Source: an uncultured Rhodopirellula sp. (GTDB lineage Bacteria > Planctomycetota > Planctomycetia > Pirellulales > Pirellulaceae). Taken from it: a stretch of DNA of 64,000 bases. Both the position numbers and the translations under genes were made by a program. Position 1 is the stretch's first letter; each line of letters starts with the position of its first letter. Where the stretch lies: NCBI GenBank assembly GCA_964007735.1, contig CAXGAI010000022.1, forward strand, positions 1 to 64,000. The letters are read 5' to 3'. Below the pieces are notes generated by a model. It was not told where the DNA came from, ran no database searches, and saw nothing but the letters and a program-made list of their open reading frames with translations. This document shows, one piece after another, positions 39,642 to 49,246 of this stretch.

Positions 39642-41089
39642 ATTAATCGCTCCAGAACTTTACCGCCCTCAGCGATTGGGACGGGACGTCCCTGCGGTCC
39701 AGGAACTCTGGTTTCAGGATCAATCCCGAGTCGGTCATAGATTGTTGCTGCAATATCCGCAGGGGCAACGGCATCTGATAGCGGATAAGCGGCATGCTCG
39801 TCGGACTCTCCATAGATTGCGCCTTGCTGTATGCCGGCACCGGTCATTAGGGCTGGGAAACAGTAGGACCAATGGTCTCGGCCATCGGCATTTCCCCGGT
39901 TTAGAAATTTGGGAGTGCGGCCAATTTCACCACAGACCAGCACGAGCGTGTCGTCGAGCATACCACGTTCTTCCAAATCAAGCAGGAATGGAGGTAAACT
40001 GCGGTCGAGTCCCGGTAATAGATGGTCCCTGTTGATTTTGGTGAGGTCGCGATGGCTATCCCAACTCGTAGTATCATCCCCCCGAACAGCCATGTCCCAT
40101 CCCACGGTGACGTACCTTGCGCCGGCTTCCACGAGCCGCCGACTCATTAATAGTGACTGACCAAAAAGGCTCCGCCCGTAGCGGTCTCGCATTTCGTCTG
40201 ATTCCTTTCGAAGATCAAAAGCCTGCGCGACATTGGGGGAGTTAATCATATGGAGAGCTTTGTTTCGCAAAGCACCAAAAGATTGTGCTGCCTGAGCTTG
40301 GTCTAATAGATGACGCTCTTTGTCGAACTGGGATCGGAGATCAAGTCGGCGGTTAAGCCTGTCGATTGTGATATCCGGCGCCCGGGTTAGCCCGGGCGGT
40401 TGGAAGTTCAGTTCCGAATCTTCACAATCACGGAAGAATGGATTGTCTCTGGTGTGCGACTTGTTGATCCGAGTTGCCATCGGGTTGTAATCTTTGCCGA
40501 GCCACCCGGCATATTGCCCACTGTAGTCGTAACCCGCGAATCGTCCAATCGTGTTGGGAATCATAAAGTAGGGTGGGATTTCCGCTGGAGGTCGTTTGTG
40601 GAGATTGCGGTCGACATAGGAGACGACGCTCCCAAATGCAGGCCAGTCTTTGTCTGTAGCACTGACATTAGCCGAACCTCGTTCGGCCGGGGGAAGTGGC
40701 TGTCCGGTTTGAATAAAGTGGCAGCCGTTGTGATTGTTTTCACTGTGATTAAGAGTACGTATTAGTGCGAACCTGTCAGTGATCTGAGCTAGATTAGGTA
40801 AGTGTTCACAGAAACGCAGTCCGGGCGTCTTCGTAGGAATCGTTTGGAAAGGACCTCTTATCGTATCCGGCGCATCGGGACGTACGTCGAACGTTTCAAG
40901 TTGACTGGGCCCTCCAAATAGGAAAACAAAAATAACGGCCTTTGCCCTTCCCCTGTGAGAACCCTTTTTTTGAGTTTGCTCTTCGGCATTGAGTACGTGG
41001 TCAAAGTGCATACCAAGCATGCCGGCCCCGCCGACTTGCAATAATTGCCGCCGCGATACTCCACTTTTATTTCCCAGTACTTGAAGCAT
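39638..41089 (-). CDS. DUF1501 domain protein
   Basis: SRRQLL leader, FLFGGPSQLETFD, WDSH, GEIGRTP, GRDHW. Confidence 0.9.
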   Translation of the reverse strand: MLQVLGNKSGVSRRQLLQVGGAGMLGMHFDHVLNAEEQTQKKGSHRGRAKAVIFVFLFGGPSQLETFDVRPDAPDTIRGPFQTIPTKTPGLRFCEHLPNLAQITDRFALIRTLNHSENNHNGCHFIQTGQPLPPAERGSANVSATDKDWPAFGSVVSYVDRNLHKRPPAEIPPYFMIPNTIGRFAGYDYSGQYAGWLGKDYNPMATRINKSHTRDNPFFRDCEDSELNFQPPGLTRAPDITIDRLNRRLDLRSQFDKERHLLDQAQAAQSFGALRNKALHMINSPNVAQAFDLRKESDEMRDRYGRSLFGQSLLMSRRLVEAGARYVTVGWDMAVRGDDTTSWDSHRDLTKINRDHLLPGLDRSLPPFLLDLEERGMLDDTLVLVCGEIGRTPKFLNRGNADGRDHWSYCFPALMTGAGIQQGAIYGESDEHAAYPLSDAVAPADIAATIYDRLGIDPETRVPGPQGRPVPIAEGGKVLERLI

Positions 41090-41199
41090 GGTCGCCTCTC
41101 AATTCTCTTGACTCCGTTCAGTATAGTGAAGAATCGACTGTTTTTTACAGAAAACCCCCTCGCTTGGACCATTAGTGAGGGTAACAGCAGCAATATAAA

Positions 41200-41228
41200 T
41201 TGACCTGATTTTGAATTCTTCCGATAAT
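41200..41228 (+). promoter_or_regulatory. Putative sigma70 promoter
   Basis: TTGACC-N17-GATAAT, 44 nt upstream of ATG 41273. Confidence 0.4.
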
Positions 41229-41272
41229 AAAAGCGTAGTAACTATTTATTCAGGTTTAGCTTCGTTGTTGAT

Positions 41273-42739
41273 ATGAATCACTTTATCCACCCCCAGTTTA
41301 GTCGTCGTGTAGCAGTTCAGGCTGGTGCTGTAGGACTACTTGGCTTGGGGATGAATCATCGCAAGAGCCTGCAGGCTGCGGACATCAAAGAATTCAACTC
41401 GATGCCCGGCTACGGTAAGGCAAAGTCTCTGATATACATTTTCCTGTCGGGTGGTTTGGCGCAACAGGACAGTTTTGACCTTAAGCCGGATGCTCCGGAC
41501 GACGTGCGAGGTGAATTCAATCCAGCCTCAACCAAAACACCTGGGACACAGATCTGCGAACATCTGCCGGGTTTAGCATCGATGAGTGATAAATGGTCAA
41601 TTTGTAGATCACTAACGCACCCCACGAATGGCCATACCCTTGGTCATTTCTTTATGCTTACCGGGCGTAGCGAACCCCCTGCTGGGTTCCAGGGGGATCG
41701 GAAGCCCCGTCCAACGGATTGGCCTTCCATCTCGTCAATCGTAGGTGATGCCTTGCCACCTCGTTATCACAATCTCCCCCCGTCGGTAGTATTGCCGGAA
41801 CGGCTTGTACACTGGTCCGGTGGTGTGATTCCCGGTGCTTATGGTGGATTGATGGGATCCCACCGTGACCCATTCTTCATTGAAGCGTCGCCCTATGGAG
41901 ACCCCATGTGGCGGGGGGCTTACCCGGAATATACCTATCCAAATCAAAGTAAGAAGCCACCAGCGAAGGAGGACGGTCGAGTTTACCAGGCCCCTAACCT
42001 GACTCTGCCGCACGGAATGAATAGTAGACGTCTGGGCGGACGACTTGGATTACTTAATACACTCGATGGACAACGAGCGAAATTGGAATCGTCCGCTAAT
42101 GTAGCTGGATATGACAGTAATCGTCAGCAAGCAATCTCGTTACTAACCGATCAAAAGATTCGGCACGCTTTAGATGTCACCAACGCAGATGCTGCGATGC
42201 AGGAACGATACGGAGCCAATAGCTTCGGTTGGTCGCTGCTTATGGCTAAACGTTTGGTGAAAGCGGGCGTGAATATGGTACAGGTAAACCTTGGGAATAA
42301 TGAAACTTGGGATACTCACGGTGATGCTTTCTATCGCCTGAAAGAAAAGTTGTTTCCACCGACGGACCGGGCTCTTTGTGCATTACTTAGCGACCTGGAA
42401 GCGGAAGGACTGCTGGATGAAACACTTATCGTGATGGCTGGTGAGTTTGGGCGCACCCCAAAGATCTCCCTGCTTAGCGATTCCTTTAATGAACCGGGAC
42501 GAGACCATTGGGGGGCTGTGCAGACGGTCTTCTTTGCTGGTGGTGGAGTTCAAGGTGGCCGCGTGATCGGGGCTTCAGATAAAATTGCTGCCTATCCGGC
42601 TGCAGATCCGCAAACGCCTGAGAATATGGCAGCGACGATGTATCATTGTTTGGGAATTCCTCACACGACTGCCTGGCACGACGAGGAAGAACGTCCACAC
42701 CACATCTACCATGCATCGCCAATCGAAGGCCTGCTCTAA
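41273..42739 (+). CDS. DUF1501 domain protein (close paralog of 2354-3805)
   Basis: IFLSGGLAQQDSFDLKP, WDTHG, GEFGRTPKISLL, GRDHW. Confidence 0.9.
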   Translation: MNHFIHPQFSRRVAVQAGAVGLLGLGMNHRKSLQAADIKEFNSMPGYGKAKSLIYIFLSGGLAQQDSFDLKPDAPDDVRGEFNPASTKTPGTQICEHLPGLASMSDKWSICRSLTHPTNGHTLGHFFMLTGRSEPPAGFQGDRKPRPTDWPSISSIVGDALPPRYHNLPPSVVLPERLVHWSGGVIPGAYGGLMGSHRDPFFIEASPYGDPMWRGAYPEYTYPNQSKKPPAKEDGRVYQAPNLTLPHGMNSRRLGGRLGLLNTLDGQRAKLESSANVAGYDSNRQQAISLLTDQKIRHALDVTNADAAMQERYGANSFGWSLLMAKRLVKAGVNMVQVNLGNNETWDTHGDAFYRLKEKLFPPTDRALCALLSDLEAEGLLDETLIVMAGEFGRTPKISLLSDSFNEPGRDHWGAVQTVFFAGGGVQGGRVIGASDKIAAYPAADPQTPENMAATMYHCLGIPHTTAWHDEEERPHHIYHASPIEGLL

Positions 42740-42767
42740 ATAATCGCGGCGAACCACCGAGAAATTT

Positions 42768-44363
42768 ATGATGTCCTCTCCGGAATTCAATAGCACCGCT
42801 GAACTGCCTTCCCTTCCAAAAGCTTTGACTCAACGAAGTTTCGTTGGTTGGCTTTCTCTTTTTGGACCGGGGGCTGTGGTCGCCAGTGTAACAATAGGAA
42901 CGGGTGAGTTGATTTTTTCCACTCGCGGTGGAGTCTTATTTGGCTACAACATTCTCTTCCTTTTCATTTTCATTTCATTGCTGAAGTGGGTCCTTGTATT
43001 TGGGACTTCTAAACACTTGCTGCTGACCGGTGTGCACCCATTTCGACGTATGCTCGATCTTCCGGGCCCGCGAGGCTGGATGGCGCTGATGTTTTTGATG
43101 ATCATTTTGGTAGCTCAGCCTGTTTGGATCAGCTTTCATAGTAGCGTGCTAGGTAATTATTTGGCGTTACTGACAGGAACGACGGAGTCTCTGAATGGTG
43201 CTGCGCAATTCCTGTGGGCAATTGTGATGATCGGTGGTGTCCTCTCTCTGTCGCTTTTTGGCGGCTACAATGTCATGGAAAAAGTGCAAATAGGAGTGGT
43301 TGCCGGGTTGATGGTCGCCGCGGTTACCTCGATGGTCATGTACAATCCCAATTATTTTGAAATCCTGAAAGGATTTGTGACCCCGATTTTTGGTGAATAT
43401 CCGGACTGGATTAGTACAAAGCCGGAATTCAAAGAAATTGCGGCTACGAATAAGTGGGTGGAATTGACCACGTATGTGGGAGTTATTGGTGGCGCGGGTT
43501 TTGATTATATGGCCTATACGACCTGGCTTCGTGACAAACGCTGGGGGTATGCAGGGAGCAACGCACCATCCCTTGAATTGTTAGAGGAAATTGCGAACGA
43601 TCCAAATCACAATGCTCGTAAATGGCTCAAGGCCCCGGTGGTTGACTGTGCGATTAGCTTTGCTTTGATCATTATCTTTAGCGCCGTATTTGTAACTTCA
43701 GGTGTTGAAATGCTGGCGCCGGAAGAGGCAATTCCAGATAGCGGTGATATGCTTGGGCAACAGGCTGGGATTCTTACCAACGTACATCCGTGGTTGTACC
43801 CGCTATATGTCGCCGGTGCCGTCTTGACGATGTTTGGGACACTCTACGGTACCTTTGAAATTGGCGTGGCGATCGTGATGGAAATAATGCGATCATTCAA
43901 TCCAGCCTGGGCCAATTCAAACCGGCCAAAAATCGAACGGAATGTGTTGTTTTGGCAGACATGTTTAGCGTTGGTCGTTGTGCTAATGATGTTCCAGGTA
44001 GTCTATAGTGCGGGAGTTGCGGAAGGTGATAACGCAAAAAGCATCATTCTCAAAGTATTACGTCCGGTCAATTTGTTCACCGGTGTTATTTCCTGCAGTG
44101 TTTTTTGCTTTGTGAATGCTTGGATTGAAGAAAAATACGTGCATCACAAACTACGCTCCAAAGGCATTATTCGTCTGGCATACTTGTTTGCGGGAATTGT
44201 GTTTGCCGTTCTCGGAGCAATGGGAGCGTGGATGAACCACCGCGTTGGCGAAGGATTTCTTGTGACTCGCTGGTTCTCGATTGGCGGCCTAATTGCTGTC
44301 GTGGCATGTAGCATACTATTGGCGAATAAATTCCGTGCCTGGGTCGAATCTAAGCAGTCCTGA
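42768..44363 (+). CDS. Nramp-like (APC superfamily) transporter
   Basis: FGPGAVVASVTIGTGELI N-terminal motif and about 11-12 TM segments. Confidence 0.72.
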   Translation: MMSSPEFNSTAELPSLPKALTQRSFVGWLSLFGPGAVVASVTIGTGELIFSTRGGVLFGYNILFLFIFISLLKWVLVFGTSKHLLLTGVHPFRRMLDLPGPRGWMALMFLMIILVAQPVWISFHSSVLGNYLALLTGTTESLNGAAQFLWAIVMIGGVLSLSLFGGYNVMEKVQIGVVAGLMVAAVTSMVMYNPNYFEILKGFVTPIFGEYPDWISTKPEFKEIAATNKWVELTTYVGVIGGAGFDYMAYTTWLRDKRWGYAGSNAPSLELLEEIANDPNHNARKWLKAPVVDCAISFALIIIFSAVFVTSGVEMLAPEEAIPDSGDMLGQQAGILTNVHPWLYPLYVAGAVLTMFGTLYGTFEIGVAIVMEIMRSFNPAWANSNRPKIERNVLFWQTCLALVVVLMMFQVVYSAGVAEGDNAKSIILKVLRPVNLFTGVISCSVFCFVNAWIEEKYVHHKLRSKGIIRLAYLFAGIVFAVLGAMGAWMNHRVGEGFLVTRWFSIGGLIAVVACSILLANKFRAWVESKQS

Positions 44364-44424
44364 TTGTCAGGGTACCGAATTTGTTTCGAATCCATAAAGC
44401 CATAAAGCAGGGAAGCACGTGTTT

Positions 44425-45198
44425 CTAGGCCTGTGCTTTAATATCGCTAAACAGCTTGCGGGCACCATTGACGATCATTTCCATGTCCGTGCCACATTGA
44501 GCCCACTGCACACCTTGCCCGAACGATTTGAGTGCGAATTCAACGGAAGCACCCATGCCCATACCAATATAGAGGCCGGCATCACGCCCCTTTTTAATCG
44601 TCGTCTCGATTAATTCGACAACTTCGGGATCTGAAGTTTGTGCTAGCTTGTTGACTGATCCGGAGAGATCCATTGGCCCCAGGCAAAGACTGTCCAGGCC
44701 TTCAATCTGAACAATGCGGTCCAGATCTTCAACGACGGCTTTACATTCAACCTGTGCACAAACAAAAATTTCGGCATTGGCTTTTTCAAGATAGGCATCG
44801 CCGCCGAATCGACCGTAGTCGGTTGGACGTCGAGGCCCGAAGCCGCGAGTTCCTTGAGGAGGGTAGTAACAAGCATCGACAAATTGTTTGATTTCTTCGT
44901 AGGACTTGGCCTGGGGCAGGATGATTCCCTCAGCGCCGCTGTCCAGTACCCTCTTAATCCAACCGATTTCTCCAGACGGTACTCTTACTAAAGAAGGAAC
45001 ACCGGTTGCACGGCAGGCAACCATGTGCCCTACCAGAGATTCTATAGTCGTCGGGCTGTGCTCTAGATCGAGCCAGACAAAATCACACTCACTCGCAACA
45101 GCCTCGGTAATCGATAAGTCGCTGTAGGTTACAGCCACTCCAAGACAGGGTTGTCCGGCGTCCATTTTGTCAGTGAATTTTTTGATGTTTAGATACAT
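44425..45198 (-). CDS. HpcH/HpaI family aldolase
   Basis: DFVWLDLEHSP, VRVP, KRVLDSGAEGIILP, YPPQGTRG, QVE, GPMDLS. Confidence 0.9.
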   Translation of the reverse strand: MYLNIKKFTDKMDAGQPCLGVAVTYSDLSITEAVASECDFVWLDLEHSPTTIESLVGHMVACRATGVPSLVRVPSGEIGWIKRVLDSGAEGIILPQAKSYEEIKQFVDACYYPPQGTRGFGPRRPTDYGRFGGDAYLEKANAEIFVCAQVECKAVVEDLDRIVQIEGLDSLCLGPMDLSGSVNKLAQTSDPEVVELIETTIKKGRDAGLYIGMGMGASVEFALKSFGQGVQWAQCGTDMEMIVNGARKLFSDIKAQA

Positions 45199-45224
45199 AG
45201 GTAGGGCAATTTCCTTAGGCGTTA

Positions 45225-46319
45225 TTAGAGTGCTGAATTCACGGCAGGTAATACTTCGTTAGCGAACAGTTCGTAGGTGGTCATCCATTTTTCTTTGTCA
45301 TCCCAACAATGGGCAACCAAGGTGATATTCCCAAATTCGCCGACGGCTTCGCGTAACCTCAGCAATTGTTTGGTGACGGTTTCCGGTGTACCGGCAATGA
45401 CTATTTCATCCATGAAGTAGTCCATATTCAGGTCTTCGTCGCTCATGTCTGGCGAAGGCTTCCATAAGTCCACGCCATTGGGCGCTGTACGGCGCGTCAG
45501 TTCAAGAATGTACTCTAGGCATTGACCGAGCGAACCTTCGCGTGCAAACTGTCGGGCCTCTTCATCGCTCTTGGCAACAACAATATTCCTGGTGACCGTC
45601 CAGTTTTGAGAGGTCGGTGTAAGGCCTGCGCTGGCCGCTCCGCGCTGGTACGTTTCCCACTGATCTTTAAGAACATCAGCATGAATCATGTGGTGTGAAA
45701 TGAAATTGAAACCTTTGGCAGCCGCATTTTCCAAACCTTTAGACGCACGGCTAATAGATGGGACGAAAATAGGAGGTAAAGGTTGCTGAAGCGGTTTATG
45801 TAAAGCTCCGATACCCATTTCCTTATCAATGTGTGCGTTGATACTGAAATCTGTAAATTCGCCCTTGAATTCATAAGGTGGGTCAGACGTCCAGATATTC
45901 ATGATAACGTCGATGGCTTCTGCAACCCGCCTACCGATTTCCGGTGGAGCGACATTAAAGGCTTCCAGATCGGTTGGTACGGCCCCCGGACCAAAGCATA
46001 CGTTGAGTCGGCCGTGCGAAAGATGGTCCATGAACGCAAGGCGATTGGCCACGTGCACTGGATTATGGTACGCCAGACATACTGGTGCCGGACCGATCCT
46101 GATGTTACTGGTTAACCCCAGGACTTTACCCAGAAAAATTTCCGGAGACACGATGTTTTCGTACGTTGAGGAATGGTGTTCTCCAACCCAAAAATCATCA
46201 AACCCAAGTTCATCACATTTAATCGCGAGTTCGATGTCTTCGTCGATCATTTGGACGTATGGTTTTTCGGGGTTGTGAATTGGCATAACAAACATGCCGG
46301 ATTTTAGTTGGGTGGCCAT
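45225..46319 (-). CDS. LLM-class (luciferase-like) flavin-dependent oxidoreductase
   Basis: DELGFDDFWVGEHHS, DHLSHGRL, KPLQQPLPP, GTPETV, ELFANEVLP. Confidence 0.9.
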   Translation of the reverse strand: MATQLKSGMFVMPIHNPEKPYVQMIDEDIELAIKCDELGFDDFWVGEHHSSTYENIVSPEIFLGKVLGLTSNIRIGPAPVCLAYHNPVHVANRLAFMDHLSHGRLNVCFGPGAVPTDLEAFNVAPPEIGRRVAEAIDVIMNIWTSDPPYEFKGEFTDFSINAHIDKEMGIGALHKPLQQPLPPIFVPSISRASKGLENAAAKGFNFISHHMIHADVLKDQWETYQRGAASAGLTPTSQNWTVTRNIVVAKSDEEARQFAREGSLGQCLEYILELTRRTAPNGVDLWKPSPDMSDEDLNMDYFMDEIVIAGTPETVTKQLLRLREAVGEFGNITLVAHCWDDKEKWMTTYELFANEVLPAVNSAL

Positions 46320-46325
46320 TGTTGG

Positions 46326-47369
46326 TTAACCTTCCGGTGAAATGTCGAGTTTTGCGGCGTAATCCAGCATGGCGTTCCAGGTAGTGTCGTCGACAGGAAT
46401 CCCTTGCTTTAAGCGTTCTTTTTCCCGTCGGAATTCCAGTTCACCTGGAACCAAAACCTCATCAAATCCTTCAGCTGGCGGGGATGATTTCATGTAATTA
46501 GCTGATTCCGTCAGCAGGCTCTTAAACGTGCCGGCCTGGGTAAACGAATTCGTGTTGATTACCAGGAAACAGACGCCATTGCCAAAAGTTTCAGTGGAAG
46601 TTGTACTGACACCCGTAAAAACAGCGCCCATGATTTCCACCAGCAGGCCAAGCGCATATCCCTTATGTCCTACCTTGCCACCGAATGGGAGGATACCACC
46701 CTTGGGAGGGCCGTAGAATTCGTTGGGATCGTTGGTGGGTTTTCCCTCGCCATCAAGGATCCAACCTTCTGGAACCATCATTTCCTCATTCTTGTAGAAA
46801 CGAATTTTTCCTTCGGGCGCCACTGAAGTTGAAAAGTCAGCTACAATTGGATCGCCATCGGTAGGAGCACCATAGGCAATTGGATTTGTTGCGAGGCGTC
46901 CTTCGCGACCTCCATAGGGAAGAACATGATGTCCATAGATTGGGGAATTGCAGGTGGCAATTGCGATCATGCCAGCATCAGCAGCCGTATTGACATAAGA
47001 GCCTAATCGTCCGACATGGTTGCAGTTACGCGTGATTATACACGCCGTACCCTGCTCGGAAGCAATGTCGATACCCGTTTCAATGGCTCGCGTGGCACCA
47101 ACGGCTCCAAAGCCGAAACTACAATCAACTTCGGCCGTTGTAGCCCCGGTCTGCTTGATCTGTACTTCCACTTGGGTTTTGAGACTGCCGTCTTCGATAA
47201 ACCCTAAATATTCAGGAATACGCATGACACCGTGCGAGTCATGTCCCATCAGACTGCTTTTAACCAATTCGGCAGTGGCCAGATCGGCTTCCATTTTCCC
47301 TGCCCCTAATCCTTGGAACAACAGGCTACCCAATCGTTGGATTTTTTCGTGAGAATGTAAATGGCTCAT
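46326..47369 (-). CDS. Ldh_2 family (type 2 malate/L-lactate/sulfolactate dehydrogenase-like) oxidoreductase
   Basis: GHDSHG..R...Y, HVGRLG.Y, TNPIA, G.PT.DP, PFGG..GHKGY.L, VLVPGE. Confidence 0.88.
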   Translation of the reverse strand: MSHLHSHEKIQRLGSLLFQGLGAGKMEADLATAELVKSSLMGHDSHGVMRIPEYLGFIEDGSLKTQVEVQIKQTGATTAEVDCSFGFGAVGATRAIETGIDIASEQGTACIITRNCNHVGRLGSYVNTAADAGMIAIATCNSPIYGHHVLPYGGREGRLATNPIAYGAPTDGDPIVADFSTSVAPEGKIRFYKNEEMMVPEGWILDGEGKPTNDPNEFYGPPKGGILPFGGKVGHKGYALGLLVEIMGAVFTGVSTTSTETFGNGVCFLVINTNSFTQAGTFKSLLTESANYMKSSPPAEGFDEVLVPGELEFRREKERLKQGIPVDDTTWNAMLDYAAKLDISPEG

Positions 47370-48373
47370 TATCTAATCGCAATTGGGTTACCTGGGGAAC
47401 CCGTAGCTCCTTTTAGTCGTAATGGTGCGAAGACAAATGCAAATTCAGTGACTTTGTCTTTTACTAGTTCAGTCAGGTCTAAATTTTCGATGTGATAAAC
47501 ACCGTTCTTGGTAATATTCCATTGATGAACAGGGAAAGACTGCTCTGAATCTTCGTGAGGGACGGCCTCGATCGCCCATGTGTCTGCACCAATCATTGAG
47601 ACGTTATGATCGGTTAGGAATTTTGCGGCTCCCAGTCCAAGGCCAGGCTCCCCTTCACCGTACAAATCGTTATCGTTCATCCATAGTTTTCCGTGGCCAG
47701 TATGGATCAGCACAATGTCTCCCGGCGTCAAAGTAAGCTTGGCTTTTTTTAGACAGGCTCGTAATTCTTCAGCCGAGATTACATAACCGGCTGGCAAGCG
47801 GTCCGCACCTCGCAACGCGGCGACATCAAGGAGAACTCCACGCGCAAAAAAGACACCGACATTCTCGACCCCCAGTTTCTCGAGGCCGTATGGATTCCCA
47901 AAGTCGGACAACTTGTTTCCATTGTAGAAAACATGCTCCCCGTCGATATGCTTTCCGACGTGTCCGAGGCCGTCAAATTGAGTTCCAACCTGCCCTATCT
48001 CCCCACTCACTAATTCGTCATTAGAAACCATGCCATTAGCACCGCTTGGCAGGCCGGTTGGGAGACCTGGGATGGTCAGACTGAAATGACGTTTTCCGGG
48101 AATAGGCATTCCGTGTTCATATAGACGCCCCAGTTGATAAACTTTGCCTTCCGTAATCAGATCTTTGGCAGAAAGAAGTTCTTCGGCCGTTTGCAGGTTC
48201 GCCGCGCCTCGCTCGTCGTCCGGACCGTAAGGTGAAGGCCAGAAATTCTCACCTATATCAATGAAGGTGTTCACGGTCCCAAAAACTATGGTCGTGAGGC
48301 AAACGATGGCAAACAGGCTTAATAAGTTGAGCTGTAACGGCTTCAGAAAGAACTTGTGAGGCGTTCGCTTCAT
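47369..48373 (-). CDS. Cyclase family (kynurenine formamidase-like) metal-dependent hydrolase, possibly exported
   Basis: YGPDDERGAAN, GTQFDGLGH, RGVLLDVA, GDIVLIHTG, PVH, ENL.L, GATGSP; hydrophobic N-terminal segment. Confidence 0.85.
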   Translation of the reverse strand: MKRTPHKFFLKPLQLNLLSLFAIVCLTTIVFGTVNTFIDIGENFWPSPYGPDDERGAANLQTAEELLSAKDLITEGKVYQLGRLYEHGMPIPGKRHFSLTIPGLPTGLPSGANGMVSNDELVSGEIGQVGTQFDGLGHVGKHIDGEHVFYNGNKLSDFGNPYGLEKLGVENVGVFFARGVLLDVAALRGADRLPAGYVISAEELRACLKKAKLTLTPGDIVLIHTGHGKLWMNDNDLYGEGEPGLGLGAAKFLTDHNVSMIGADTWAIEAVPHEDSEQSFPVHQWNITKNGVYHIENLDLTELVKDKVTEFAFVFAPLRLKGATGSPGNPIAIR

Positions 48374-48444
48374 ACGTAATCTCCTTCGGTAAAAAGAAAT
48401 GAGTCCTCATTTTACCATGTTTGAGACGACAGTTCCCTACTTGG

Positions 48445-49215
48445 TCACGACTCGCGGATGTTTTCATATAGCTGATCGGCAAACTGCACCATATATTGGT
48501 AATCGGCACCTACCATCGCCCAATTCGCTCCCGCTGCGTGCCAGCGTTTTGCGGTTGCTGCACTACTTCCCATTCCCACACCTACATAAACTCCCGCTTC
48601 ACGACACTTGTCAATCGAGATTTGAATCGCTTTTACGACGGTTGGGTGGTCGATTTCTCCTGGTAATTCGTAAGAGCCCGAAAGATCGTAAGGCCCAATC
48701 ACTACGCCGTCTAATCCTTCGATGGAAACTAAGGCGTCAATGTTATCTACAAGTGCCTTGGACTCGATTTGCCCGACAACGAAAGTTTCACGATTGGCTT
48801 GCGGAAGATAAGTATCATTCCCAATCCGACCGTAATTGGTACTGCGGCGCGGACCATACCCCCGAGTTCCTTGCATTGGATATCGACAGGCATTCACGAA
48901 TGTCTGAATTTCTGCAACGGTTTGCGCCTGAGGTAAGATAATGCCTTCAGCACCTGCGTCCAAGACGCGTTTGATCCAGGCAATCTCACCGGATGGCACT
49001 CGGACTATCCCTGGCACGCCACAGGCACGACAAGCGATGATGTGATTTACCATGGACTCAAAGTTGGTGGGGCTGTGTTCCAGATCGATCCATATGTAAT
49101 CAGCCGTTGCGGCAAGGGCTTCTGTGACGGAAGCATCAGAGAAACTAACCGTTGGTCCGACACACAGCTGGCCGGCATCCATTTTTTCCTTGAAGGCCTG
49201 AATGCTGTCGTACAT
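48445..49215 (-). CDS. HpcH/HpaI family aldolase (paralog of 44425-45198)
   Basis: DYIWIDLEHSP, VRVPSGEIAWIKRVLDAGAEGIILPQ, QIES, GPYDLS. Confidence 0.9.
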   Translation of the reverse strand: MYDSIQAFKEKMDAGQLCVGPTVSFSDASVTEALAATADYIWIDLEHSPTNFESMVNHIIACRACGVPGIVRVPSGEIAWIKRVLDAGAEGIILPQAQTVAEIQTFVNACRYPMQGTRGYGPRRSTNYGRIGNDTYLPQANRETFVVGQIESKALVDNIDALVSIEGLDGVVIGPYDLSGSYELPGEIDHPTVVKAIQISIDKCREAGVYVGVGMGSSAATAKRWHAAGANWAMVGADYQYMVQFADQLYENIRES

Positions 49216-49246
49216 ATCTTAATACCGTCTTAAATAATACGTCTGT

